The notes under the pieces are model-generated. The model saw only the letters and a list, made by a program, of their open reading frames with translations. It made no database searches and had not been told where the DNA came from. A stretch of DNA of 64,000 nucleotides. Origin: Negaprion brevirostris. Its lineage: Eukaryota. Position numbers and translations under genes: made by a program. Of this stretch, positions 1 through 13,400 are shown in pieces. Position 1 is the first letter of the stretch; every line of letters begins with the position of its first letter. Where the stretch lies: assembly GCA_030324005.1 (NCBI GenBank), contig JARDVH010000132.1:121708459-121772458 (forward strand). The letters run 5' to 3'.

Positions 1-640
1 AAAGATTTGCAACCCTTTGAGTGAAGAACTTTCACATCTCAGTCCTAATGGACCGATTCCTTATTCTGTGATTTTTAGCCTATGTTCTAGATACTAAAGC
101 CAAGGGAAACACTTTCTTAGTGTCTACACTGTTAAGCCTCTTCAGAGTTTATGGCCGGGTTTCCTGGCCTCGCTCGCCCTGAAACCGAAAAATGCCGCCC
201 GAGGTCAACGGACATTTCCATGATCTGCCCCATGCCCGCTCCGATTCTTGCGGCAGGCGGGATGGGGAAATTGCCACTGTATATTTCAATATGGATCATC
301 TTTCATTCTTTTAAGCTCGAGGGAATATAATCTTCGTCTACTTATTCTTTCCTCATAAGGCATTCTTGTCATCCCAGGAACCAGTCCAGTGAATCTTTGT
401 TAAATTCCCTCCAGGGCAAATGTGTCCTTATTCAAATAAGGAGGACAAAACTATACACAGTATTCCATGTATGCTCACTGGCCCTGTAGACTATAGCAAG
501 ACTTTGTTACTTTATACACCAATTAATTTGTAACAAAAGTCAACCAATCCATTTGGCTTCCCAATTGGTGCTGCATCTATATATTGATTTTGTGTAATTC
601 ATGTACAAGGTTTGCAAGTCCCTCCAACTACCTCTTTTTG
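1..640 (-). mobile_element. Degenerate CR1-type LINE 3' fragment, interrupted by a small MITE at ~153-277
   Basis: Reverse-complement CR1 RT C-terminal and 3' motifs (caaaactatacacagtattcca; gtgaagaactttc). Confidence 0.65.
153..277. mobile_element. ~125-bp MITE-like element (family copy 1)
   Basis: Shares core ccgaggtcaacggac/cgcccc/aaatcccgcc with copies at ~35683-35826 and ~45848-45974; short GG..CC inverted ends. Confidence 0.6.
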
Positions 641-792
641 CCTATTTTAGACAAAAGTTTGCTTCATAAAGATCCTGGTGCAGGAACTGAAGTGTATGCT
701 CAGTATTCATAATATTTAGTGAATTCTTGCTTCGTCTTTTGAGAGGTGCTGCACAGTACAGTAACAATGTTTGTTTTCTTCTTTATTTTCAG

Positions 793-1433
793 TGTGCAAA
801 GCAGCCTCAGTTGTTGATATTGCTGTTCTTGTGCCTGGATCAGACAGAATTGGAGAAACAAACTTTAAACTGATCAATGAATTTCTAAGCAATTTTATCA
901 AGGTATTTGAAGTTGGTCCTGAAAATGTGCGAATTGGTTTGGCACAGTACAGCACTACCCCAACAAAGGAGTTTCACTTCACAACTTATCAAAATAAGGA
1001 NNNNNNNNNNAGGAAGACATTGTCCAGCACATCACAAACATGCGTTACAAGGGAGGAAAATCAAACACGGGGGCTGCTATTAACTTCCTAAAAACTAACT
1101 ATTTTGAGCCGAGAGCTAGACGTCGGCAAACACAAGGTATCCCTAAAATTGCAATTGTGGTTGCTGATGGAAAATCCGACGATGATGTCAAAAGCTTCAG
1201 CGCTGCCCTTCGACGACTTGGTGTTACCATATATGCCATAGGGACACCAAATGCCAACCATGCTGAACTCAGAAGCATTGTCTCATTTCCCCCAGAAATC
1301 TATTTTTCAGCAAAACAAAATTTTGAAGATTTCTCAGAAATAACTTCTGCAAGAAAATTTGCAAAGAAAATTTGCCTCGGTGTTGTCAATGGTGTGGATC
1401 ATACGCCAGGAAAAAGAGATCAACTTGCGCAAG
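793..1433 (+). CDS. col6a6: col6a6-like exon, VWA domain (N6 equivalent)
   Basis: ttttcag|TG TGC AAA ([14 protein letters not shown]...) to CAA G|gtaag; phase 1-1. The 10-N gap at 1001-1010 splits it into ORFs 771..1091 and 1040..1609. Confidence 0.92.
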
Positions 1434-4400
1434 GTAAGAAGTATACATTTCTGAACTCAGAGCGCACAGTCATTTCAGATGGAGAAAAATTGGGCTGCAT
1501 TTTATATGGGTTGGTGCCCATCCCATTACAGGACTCATGTCATCTCAAGCCAAATCTGCCCTTTCAACCACTAGCTATATTCCCTTATGCTCTATTTTCT
1601 AGGCTCTGACACTGCCATGCCCGTTGACCCAACGTAAACTTTCAAGAACCAATGAACACAATGTAAAGTGGCATGTATAAAAAGAATTTTCAAAAAACAT
1701 AATCCATCTCATACGGGAAAAACAAGTCTGGACAGTAAATTAATAAAAATATCAATCATCCAGGCCCTTTGAAGTTTCAAAAAACACAAACTGTAAACAC
1801 TTGAAACCACTTGCATAATATCCACGAACATTATGAAACTGACAGAGAGTCCTGAAAGCCTAAGCTGTCAATCAAACAATGTTCCTTCTGGGGAGTAGGT
1901 GTTCTGGCATTCTAATAGATTCAGAACTCACAGCCAACCCTCATTGTGATTTTCTTTTCTTTTTCTCAGGCTGCACTGACACTGACGAAGCCGATATCTA
2001 CTTCCTGNNNNNNNNNNNNNNNNNNNNNNNNNNNNNNNNNNNNNNNNNNNNNNNNNNNNNNNNNNNNNNNNNNNNNNNNNNNNNNNNNNNNNNNNNNNNN
2101 NNNNNNNNNNNNNNNNNNNNNNNNNNNNATCTACAACTCAGAAAGAAGTTGACATTGCTAAATATGCAACCAGTTATGAAATAGAAGCTGCAATTAAGAG
2201 TATCAAGATGATTGGAGGACATGTGTCACAGGCAGCTCAGGCAATAACTTATATGAAGGAACTTTTCCTTGAAGCAGATAAATCTCGTTTTGAACGGGTA
2301 CGCCGCTTTCTGGTTATCATCACAGATGGAAAGTCACAGGACGATGTTTCAATGTCTGCTGCAGAATTAAGGCAACGAGGAATAGAGATTTATGCTGTTG
2401 GCGTGGGAAAAGCTGACCAAGTTCAACTCCAACAAATGGCAGGAACAATTGAAAGGGTTTTTCACACTGAAAACTTTGACGCTTTATCAGAAATAAAATA
2501 TAGAGTTATACGTGATATGTGTACAAAAGAAGGTACATGGCTTTTTCTTTCTTGCTGAAATTATCATCAATATGGCAAGGTTTCAATTTTAATATTTATG
2601 GAAACTAACTGGGCATCTAAAGGTTGATCTGTGACCTGTGGCACTGTGGTGCAGAGGAAGTGCGCCTATAGGGCACTGCATCTATCTTAGCTGTGAGGCA
2701 GCAGAATTTCCAGTTGTAGGCCACTAACATTGTTGTTAAGCTAGCCTTAGTACAGGCCTTACAGAATCCAGAGAACAGAAGAGGATGGACGTTCCATTTC
2801 CAATTCTCTTCCCACACCTCGTGGCACGCAAAAGCAGACTTTAGTGAGTTTCCATAGCTAGTAATACTGAGAACAGGTCAACAGGGGCTTAAAGCTTGAG
2901 CAGCGCCTCCCCAACAAGTATGGCTGACCAAGAGTCTCTCCCACACTTACTGCCAACCAATGCTGTGTTTGGAAGCATTTGCAGATTGACAAACTCAACA
3001 TTGACCATTATTATGAATACAACTTCCTTGGCCATCAAGTCCTGGGATAGGATTCAAACCCACTATGCCAAAAGACCCAAGATAGAGATGAGATGCCAAA
3101 TCTGTTGATTACTATCTAAATATACAGCGGTATGGAGTGCTTGGGGGACATTTAAACAAAAAACCCACCAACCTGTCTCTGCCCAAAAACTCTACACACT
3201 CAGGGCCCAATTTTACCATTGTGACGGGTGTGAAAATGTGATAAAGTCGGTGTGACGCCATTATCGCAATCCATACCTGTTAATGCACAGATTGCCACTT
3301 TACCAAAACCCGGGAATGGTGGGGGTGGTGATCTCAGTGGTGATTTGCTTCAAACTCGAAACAGGCACAACAGCGATTTAAATGTATTTGCATGTATTTC
3401 AATTGAACTAACGAACTGCCCGTCCAACTTTATCAGCTTTCCCTCTTTCGGTTTGCTGATCCGGAATTGCGCTGAAATGGACCTGCTGAATAAAAGTCTG
3501 AACCAAGCGCTCCAGCTGCTGAACAGAGAGTCCGGAGCTTCCAAAGGCTCTCTGATTCAGATCGGTAGTGAGGGAGAGGAGGGAGGCGGGTCAGATCATT
3601 CTCTGGTTGGTTGGAGGTGGGGGGAGGGCCGAGGGGAGTGCGGCCAGATGGTTGTTGGGTGGTGGGGGGAGGTGTGCGGCGGNNNNNNNNNNNNNNNNNN
3701 NNNNNNNNNNNNNNNNNNNNNNNNNNNNNNNNNNNNNNNNNNNNNNNNNNNNNNNNNNNNNNNNNNNNNNNNNNNNNNNNNNTGTTGTCTACTGGATGTG
3801 GGGGTGGGGGGATCTGATCGTTGTCTGTTGGCAGTGGCTTCTGTTGGTGTTTGCCTGTAGCACAGGGTATACACCAAGACAAACATTATCTGCTACAGGC
3901 AAACATCAACAGAAACCACTGACAAGTCTGACAAAGTGTCATCCTGACTCAAAAAGTTAGCTCTGTTCTCTCTCCACAGAAGTTGTTGGTCCTGCTGAGA
4001 TCTCCAAGCATTTCCTGACATTGCATCACTTTCCTGACCTTCTTTGCAAAGGCACATCCCACAAAGAGGTGAACAATAGTATCTGCACACCACAAACCCT
4101 TCAAGGGAATGTTACGGTGCTGCTGAGCTTCCTGGTCTGTATGGAGGAAATATTAACTTTATTTCTCTCTGGTTATATGAATATTTCTAGCACCTGCTCT
4201 TTCTCAATGAGTCTGGATGCTATACATTAACCACAATCGTAATTTTACCCCAATAATGTGCTTTTTTATAGTCAAGTACAAAATATCAAGTAATGATTCA
4301 AATGCTGAAAGCAAGATATAAAACATAAAGAAAAAACATGTTAGAAATAGGGTAACTTGCCTTTAATATGTACACTTCAGAAGAGATATGAAAAAGCTTT

Positions 4401-7400
4401 GAGAGTTTTGTCTACTCATACCGCTATTATCATCAGCATCTCACTCATTTCAGGAATTCAATGTAAGGGTTCTAGCCTCGCTTGGAATCACACACAAAGT
4501 ATAGGATTTAAATACATTTTTGTTTCCATCGATTCCATTCTTTTGAAATTGAACCTTATCCAAATTTAAGGGTTTATTCCACAATTGGGCACGTGTAGTG
4601 AGGGGTTGTTTTTGTCAGCAGGAGATTTAATCAGGGAAGCCTGAGTAACACAGCCTATAGCTCTTCAAGCTGGTGTCCATGGAATCTTGACCTCTCTGTT
4701 GCCCTTCACTGCGATTGCCCAGTTGAAGAATCGGTCCTTAAGTATTCTTAAATGAATGACAATATATATAAGTGGGAAAGAACAGAACAACAGGTGCTGG
4801 AAATATTCATATAACCAGAGAGAACTAAAGTTAATATTTCCTCCATACAGACCGGGAAGCTCAGCAGCACCGTAACATTCCCTTGAAGGGCTTGTGGTGT
4901 GCAGATACCATTGTTCACCTCTCTGTGGGATGTGCTTGGATCTGGCTTGTCCCTCATGTGAGGACCATGATTGACTTAATTTGAATTGGCTTTTTGGATT
5001 AGAAATAAATTACCAAAAAAACCATTAAAAGCCTGAGCCTCTTGATTGACAGTCCAATGGCATTACCAATATGCCATGGTCACCTCCTAAATTCTGTCCC
5101 ATTCTTAACATGGCAGCATAGGTAATCTAATGTGGGATTATGAAAACTTGCCTGAACAGTTTTGTTATTGTCTTTTTCATTTAAAAAGCCTAGTTTAAGT
5201 TTATTTATTAGTGTCATAAATGGGTTTACATTAAAACTTCAATGAAGTTACTGTGGAAGTCCCCTTATTGCCACACTCTGGTGCCTGTTGGATAGACTGA
5301 GGGAGAATTCAGCATGGCCAATGCACCTAACCTGCATGTCTTTCAGAGTGTGGGAATGTATGACAACAGGGTCAATAGTGGTGTTAACAACATAGTTCAA
5401 AGCTTGTTCACTTATTTTGTTATTCTATATTGATACGGGAAAATTAAATTGATGCAAAAGAAGAAGAAAATCTAATAATAAATACAAACCAACCTGTTTT
5501 TGTTTTATTTTCCTACAGCCTGCAGTAAACTGGAAGTGGCAGACATGATTTTTGTAGTTGATGGATCAAGCAGTATAGATCCTCCAGACTTTACTAAAGT
5601 AAAAGTATTCATGGAAACTTTAATCAACAGAACAGAGGTTGGCAAAACCAGGATGCAGTATGGTGTGATAACTTTCAGCACAGGTGTAAATTTGGAATTT
5701 CAGCTTGATCAATATGAGGACAAAGTTAGATTACTGAAAGCTATTCATGACATTGAGCAGATGGGTGGTGATACAAACACAGGTGCAGCATTAAGATTTG
5801 CAATTGACTATTTTGATCGCTCGAGAGGGGGCCGTCCAGAAGAACGGCAGTACCTTATTGTGATTACAGATGGAGAAGCAAGCGATCACGTGAGTCAACC
5901 GGCCAAAGCCATCAGGGATAAAAGCATTAATGTCTTGGCCATTGGTGTCATCCAAGCTAATTACAACCAGCTTGTGGAGATTGCAGGATCCCCAGATAAT
6001 GTTCATCACGTAAACAGCTTTGATGCCCTAAAAGAGTTGGAAAAAGCCATCTCATTTGAAGTGTGTAGTCCAATTGATGGTAAGTTTAAGAAAAAAACTC
6101 ATTATTCGATTCCACAGTTATAGGAACTTTTCAAGTACATGTTGATGAAGGGAAATTTGCCCACTGGCAGCGGATTTTGGAAAATCAGGGATGCTTTGCT
6201 GGATAGAAAATTTTCTAGTACATATTGCAACAGGCAACAAGGTTAATCAACCGACCCGCACACCCCCTCCCCCCATGTTTGAAGTGGACACCCATCTCCA
6301 TCCGCCCTTCCCCTTGACCACCCCAATGCTGGTATCCCCTGCTTTTCTGTCCATTCCCAGCCACCTCTACATAAAAATGAATCCCCCCGCCCCCCTCCAT
6401 GATGATATTTAACCTNNNNNNNNNNNNNNNNNNNNNNNNNNNNNNNNNNNNNNNNNNNNNNNNNNNNNNNNNNNNNNNNNNNNNNNNNNNNNNNNNNNNN
6501 NNNNNNNNNNNNNNNCCCCCCTCCCCCATCCATGATATTTTCATTGGAGTTGGCCCCTTGGCACAAGTTGGCACTGCCAGGTTGTATTGCCAGTCACTGC
6601 CTGGCCATGTCCCTCTCCCCGGGAACCGTACTTACCTTAAGGCCCCGGGGAGACCCCCCCACGACAGGTTCACGTGTAAGTGTAGCTGTTGTAAATTGTG
6701 TTGGCATGACGGCATGCTGGTGCCCACCCAATATTCAGTGAGTTGCAAAGTCCCGGAGGAGTGCCCAGTAATGACATGCTGATGCATTAAAATGAGCTTT
6801 TTGTGGTCCTGCAGCATATTTCATGCCACTCCACCAGTAAGATGCTGGTAATATTGGAAATTGGAAACTCACCGATGCGAATCACAGTCTCCAGATTCTG
6901 AGTACACGCTGCCATTCCCACAGACAGACTGCAGGCTCAAAATCACTGCATCCCACTACCCCCACACCAGTTAAGTTATAGTTCCGTTTAATGCCCAAGG
7001 CCCGTTGTACTTCAGCCAGGCACATATGAGCTTGACAAGGTGTTTGACTGGCATCATATCCTGTTCTCAGCCGTAGCCCAACCAGTCACACTTCCAAGGG
7101 TCACTGAGGAGTTGGAATGTTTCTTTTCCCTTGTCTGGCTGGAGGTACTGAACCAATCATTCATACCACCCTTCCAACTACACTGAGAAGACTCAGTAGA
7201 ATTAGAAACTTTTCTGGTTAAAGCCTCGGTATAGCTTACAGAGGGCATCTTTCAGATCATGAAGATTAGGGAAGTCTTTCGTGACACCATTAAAAAAAAA
7301 TCCAGTCTACTGAGTTACTGACAAAAATGGAATCTATTGAAATTAACTATAGTCCTTAGTGTCAGCAGTCTCTGGGATAAGAAAGTTCCAAATTTCACTG

Positions 7401-10400
7401 GTGTTTGTATAAAGTTCTTTCTTGCGTCACCCTGAATGGCCTAATTCTAATTTTAAGATTATATCCGTTGTTCAGAACTCATCCACAAGTGAAAATAGTT
7501 TCTCTCTTATATATCTGTGATTCTATACAGGAAGTAATTGATGCCAAAACATTGAATATATTCAAGAAGCAGCTGGATACAACACTTGGGGTGAATGGGA
7601 TCAAAGGTTATGGGGAAAAAAACAGGTTTAGGCTATGGTTGGATGAACAGCCATGATTGTAATGAATGGCAGAGTAGGCTTGAAGGGCCAATTGGCTTCT
7701 TCCTGCTCCTACTTTCTATGTTTCTATAGCTAATCAAATACTTTAATAATAAACACCATATTTAGATCAAATCACAATCTTCCACAGTGAAGGAAGACAA
7801 GCCGTCCCCTTAGTTAAGTCCTTCTAACTTCTCAGTCAGTGTGCATGCTCTTTGAAGCCAGTACATCCCCTCTGAGGTACAGTGCCCAGAAATACATATC
7901 TTCTGTGAACAGAAAAGTTAAATTGGTGTTTCAGACGTTTTATCAGACTGTGAATTGGAAATCTCTTAATCACATAAGATAACAAAGTGGGAGGAAAGAG
8001 AAACATATAAACGTCGGGAGTCAAGAAATAAACGTTGCCAAAAACCAGTCAGTGTATTTAAAAGTCAGTGATTCTCACTGGTAAATCTATTAACTTGCTT
8101 GTGGTAGAAATCCTATACTTAAACCATTATTAGGTGGTGTTCCTTTCTGCTGTCTATTTTGTCAGACCTATGAAAGCCGCTTATTTTGCTTCCAGTTTTC
8201 AGTCTGCATCTGGAGCATTATCTTGTCATCTGTTTTCAAATACTGCCAGATTCATTATATATTTTATCAGTGTGTTTTTATTTAAGGTTTCCAACATTTT
8301 CCTCTTCTTTTCCATTCTACTTGCCTTTGCCTGATTATTTATTGTTGACATTTTTTTCAACAGATTGCAAGAGAATAGAAGTTGCAGACATTGTCTTTGT
8401 TTTGGATGGCTCAGACAGTATAACTGCACCTCAGCTTAAGAATATGAAGGATTTTACGATGGCAATTGTGAACCGTTCAGACATTGACAGGGATAGCGTT
8501 CGATTTGGTGCCATCATTTATGGAAACAATCCAAAGACGATATTCCAGCTTGATCAGTTCACAAGCAAAGCTGAAATCAGAAATGCAATTATACAGCTAC
8601 AGAAGACAACGGGTGGATCTCGGAATGCAGTAAAAGCCCTGAAACAAGCAAAGCAACTGCTATCTGAAGAAAAAGGTGGTCGAAGAAAATCCAAGGTGCC
8701 ACAATTCGTTATTTTTATTACTAATGGACTGGTCACAGACTCAGGAGACATACCATCCATAGCTAAAGCCTTAAGTAGTGATAGTGTTGAAGTCTTTGCC
8801 ATTGGTGTAACAGGTGCCAACAAAAGAGAACTTGTGGAAATTGCAACATCAGAAGCCAATTACTATGCTGCTGGGGATTTTATTTATTTGAAACATCTGT
8901 CCAAGATAATTTCTCAGTCGCTGTGTATTGAAACGAAACCAAGTGAGTAGTTGCTTCTGAAATTATAATGAAAATGTATCTGTCAAGGAGCCGTGGAACC
9001 GTATCCATATCTTTGCAAACTTTCTTTTTTTGGAACTGTCCTTACTCATCAAGGCCAGACAGAGTCTGCTCCCTGGTACTCCAGGATGTACACTGCATCC
9101 ATGGCCATCACTATTTTGCACTCAAGTAAAATTTATTTATTTGTTACAAATAAGGCTTACATTAATATTCCAAGGAACTATTGTGAAATTCCCTTAGTCA
9201 CCACACTCCGGCATATGTTCAGGTTAATGTATCTAACCAGCACATCTTTCAGACTGTTGGTGGAAACCAGCGCACCCAGAGAAAACTCACGCAGATACAG
9301 GGAGAACATGCAAGCTCCACGTAGACAGTGACCCAAGCTGGGAATTGAACCCAGGTCCCTGGCGTGTGAGGCAGGAGTACTAGCCACTGTGCCACCCTAG
9401 GTGTGTCCAGTGAGGTCACTGAACCCCTAATGACATTTTCCACAAACACCTTCAGCACCCCATGGATCTCCTCGTAGATCAGATAAGAGATGCACTTGAT
9501 ACCCCTGTGGTAAGCCAGCCAGGCGGTTAATGACCTGCTGGATGTTGTCATGGAGCACTTTTAAGGTGCCTCTTGCCTTCGCCTTTGCCCAGCTCCTTCT
9601 TGCCTTTGCCCAGCTCCTTCTTGCCTTTCCTTCTACTCGACATGACCTGCATTGAGTGATCACCTTTGCAAGCATATCCCATGTTTTAGTGCTGAAAGTT
9701 CAACATCAATCCAATTTTTAATGGAAATGAAGCTGGTGCTGTGAAGCAAATGTTTTAGGAGATATTAAAATGTGCGTTAAATACAAAAAACTTCTGAATA
9801 ATATTTGGTAAAAATCAGTTTGCTGAAAGAGAGATTTGGCCTAGTAAATTTTTTAAAAGTGCAATGATTTTATGACATTTAATCTAGATTATTGTAACTG
9901 TGCATTAAGCACATGACTGCACAAGGCTTTAAAAAAAATGGTTCTTTTATTCCACCAGCATCAACACCGTATAGCCTTTCTGGGGAAAGGCTAACTTCAA
10001 GAAACTTTACAGAATATATTCTCTGATGGTGCTCCAGATCTCTGTCCTATTCGCAGCTCCTCAACACACTGATTCACCAAGACTGGTCTGCTGCTCCAGC
10101 TTCTGAATGCAGGCCTGCTCTCTCTCTCTCGCTCTCTCTCTCGCGCGCGCTCTCTCTCTCGCGCGCGCTCTCTCTCTCTCTATCTGCTTCTCCCTGAAGC
10201 TACTCAGACTCGGGATGCATCCAGTCAGTATGACTGGGTCTCCAGTTTTGCCGTATTAATAGCCTTAGTTTCTCAATAGTCTAAAAGCCACAACCCCTAG
10301 TCTTATCCTTGCTGTTTTCTCTCTCACTACAGGTCAACTGTCTCCATCCCTTAGCTTGACAATGACAGTTCCCCTGTTTAGTGCTTTTCACCATCACTGT

Positions 10401-13400
10401 CATCTGCCACCAGAAGCAAAGTATGTTATATGCGGATAGCATGGAAGAGTTGAAACAGTTTCAGGAAGTATTTATAACGGAAATTAAAATAATTTAAAAT
10501 CAAAATGCTGTGGAGTGTTGGAATCTGAACTAAAATACAAAGTTGAAGGGGGCTAATAGTCATACTAATAATCATTCTCAGTGAAAAAGTTAAAAGATGT
10601 AGTTTAGCAGAAGGATCCTGCACACAGCTAACTGCGAGACAGTAGACAAGGGTGCAAAACTGTGGGCTGCTAATTCTCAGGCAGAAACATTACAGGTGTC
10701 AATTATAAAGTGTAACATTGTACAACAAAGTGAAGTTGTTTAAAGAATCAACTCGTCTAAAGATAACATGGGGAGGTGACATAATTTACTGCTTGAACAC
10801 TGGGCCTGTTAATCTATCAGACCTCTCCAGTCTGAGAGTACTCATTAACTCTGAAATTTGAACATGGGACAGATAATTGATATCTATAAGCTAGACTTCA
10901 GTCATGATATTAAGGATAACTTGTAGCCAGTGATTAGATCAGCTAACACATTGAAACCTTTACACCGATTGGATATTATAATCGAGTAGCTGTGCAGATG
11001 TTGATTTGTTAATAACACCTGTATTCTATACATGATGTAACCCTAATCAACAGTGGTGAGTGGACATAGATAATTCATGTACACCTCTGGTATATGCTAA
11101 TTGCTTGCAATCGAACCTGGAAGTATATCTCTTTGTGTAAATCTGTGGTGGGGAAAAGCACTGTATTCATAACTCTGGCCCATGGGTAGCTAGTGTACTA
11201 GGACCCTTGGTAGAGCTAAATAAATAAAACCACTGATTTTAGACTCTCAAATTCTTTGGTTACTTGAAGGGATCGAAGTCTGTAACAAGCTAAAACTCTG
11301 AACACCAACAGCTGCACAACAAAAGCAATGGAAATACTAAGCAAATGGAACTTACTGTAGCCAACAGAAGTCTTGCCTGCTAGTGAGAGCCCTGGCTTGC
11401 TTTGCCTTGCCTTTTTTTTAGGAAGCTTTGCTGCATTAAGTGTCAATCAAGTGTTTAACTGGGGAACTCTGGTCATGCCCAGGATCCCACTAGAAGGCCA
11501 GGAATGCCGAAGGATCCAGTCCAGGCCACAAATGAGGAATGACAGGAAGGGGATCTTGGGATGGGACTTGGGAGAGGGGCAGCCAGCAGCAAGGATAAGG
11601 TGTGGCTCTCAGCGGGTTATCCTTTGCATAATAAACACACTTTGTCACAGTTGCCATTTCAGATTTAAACTTCTACAGTCACAGCTCAAAACCTATCGCC
11701 TTCTAGCATACACATACTATGTTCTTTTATGACCCAATTAATACAATGTAACCAAAGTACAAGCTAAAAGTAATTCAAAAGTTTTCCTATCTGTTTAACA
11801 AATTATAGAGGAAACTCCTCCATCATTCTGTCTATTTTACCAATTTATTTATGAATAACATAATTTGCACAAATGGTTTATTTGTTTCTCTTTAAGCATT
11901 TTATCTCTTATAACCCCAAATAACAAAGTACTAGGAAAAATCCCGTCATCTGTTGTAAAGTCATTGACACTCTCCAGAGCCCTTAGCTTTTCAGACAACG
12001 CATTAGCATTTACATACATTGATTCGACAAACTTTACATGTGAACATGAGGATTACCACAAATAACATTTACTCAGTATAGGAAAGTCACAAAACAAACA
12101 GATATTACTTTGTAACATTGTCTCACATTCAAATGGTTACATCACAAACTGAGAACATGTTTCAATACGTCCCTCCTTGAAACACAAAACCCATACAGAC
12201 TTTATTTCCGTTGCCTTTTATTTGTCAAAATTAAACTTATTTACCTCTTATAAATTCAAGCAACTTCCCATTTAAAATTTGGAAGTTAACAATGAGAAAA
12301 TCTGAATGAACCAAACTCTTCAAGTTTCAATTATCACTAGGTTGTGATAAACAATCTTGCTTGTCATTCATGAATCATCCAGTTATAAAAAAACACAAAA
12401 CTATTTTCGGCTAGGAGCCAAATGCATTAACTTAGTCTCAAACAAATTCTTCAAGACAAAGAGCCCTTCCTTACAAAATTTGAACCTAGGATTATTCAAC
12501 ATTCAAACTGGTTATTTCAAACTTCAACTTGACTTTGAAAGTTCAGTTTACTTTCCAATTTTATTTAAACTCTGTATCAAACCCACTGTTGTAAAATCAC
12601 AACCATGGAAAGAACATCAAAACATTAAAAACAACAAAAACATAAACATCCCAACTACTTCATTAAACACACACAGACACACATGGAAGCTTCCAACATT
12701 CATCCCACATTATCTTTTATTCAAATTCAACATTCTAAACTGGGATGAAAATAAAACATTGAAAGAAACAAAGAAAACAGATTAAGACAGTCGCTTTCAT
12801 TCTCCTTTCTTCCAAACTGTAATTAAACTCAAAAACAGTAGTAAATTCAAGAAATCTTATGCTTAAATTTACTAGTTCTAACACTTCCTCAGCCCCTTTG
12901 AAGTTAAAACAAAGTGTAAAGCATTACATTTATTATCCGTAATAAATACTCCACAAGAACAGACGAACTTTTAACAACTCCTGCTCTCAATCTAATACAA
13001 CAGCCACCACCTACGCTCAACAAGCAACCAGATCCCACAAACACACAAACACAAAACCTAAGATTTCTCCTTACGGTCTCTCATCAGGTCCATCTTTAAT
13101 TCCAGAGTCTCATTCTACTAATTCATCATAGTTCTGCGTACTAAGAATTCCCATTTTAAGGATTTTTTTGGTGAACTGATGACAGCCCATCTTTAAATGC
13201 TTATGAAAAGGCTCTATCTGTTCGGGCAGGTTCGGGCACTCCTGAACACTCTTGATAAACTCTAAAGAGTAGCCCCCCCCCAAATTCGGATGCTTCTCTG
13301 AAACTTGGTTTCTCTTTTCTAGTTCTCTAATGCGTAATTCCAACAATTTGATTTTTGCTTTGTCGTCAGCCAATTTCTAATCCAAGACTGAGATTTGTTC

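Noticed and set aside
793-2532. Apparent frameshifts suggesting a collagen pseudogene
   Set aside because: Both coincide with assembly gaps; no stop or frameshift in any fully sequenced exon.
9893-10423. 3' LTR of the minus-strand ERV-like element
   Set aside because: LTR-like layout (TG start, tttatt) but no real similarity to 15113-15530 and no matching TSD.
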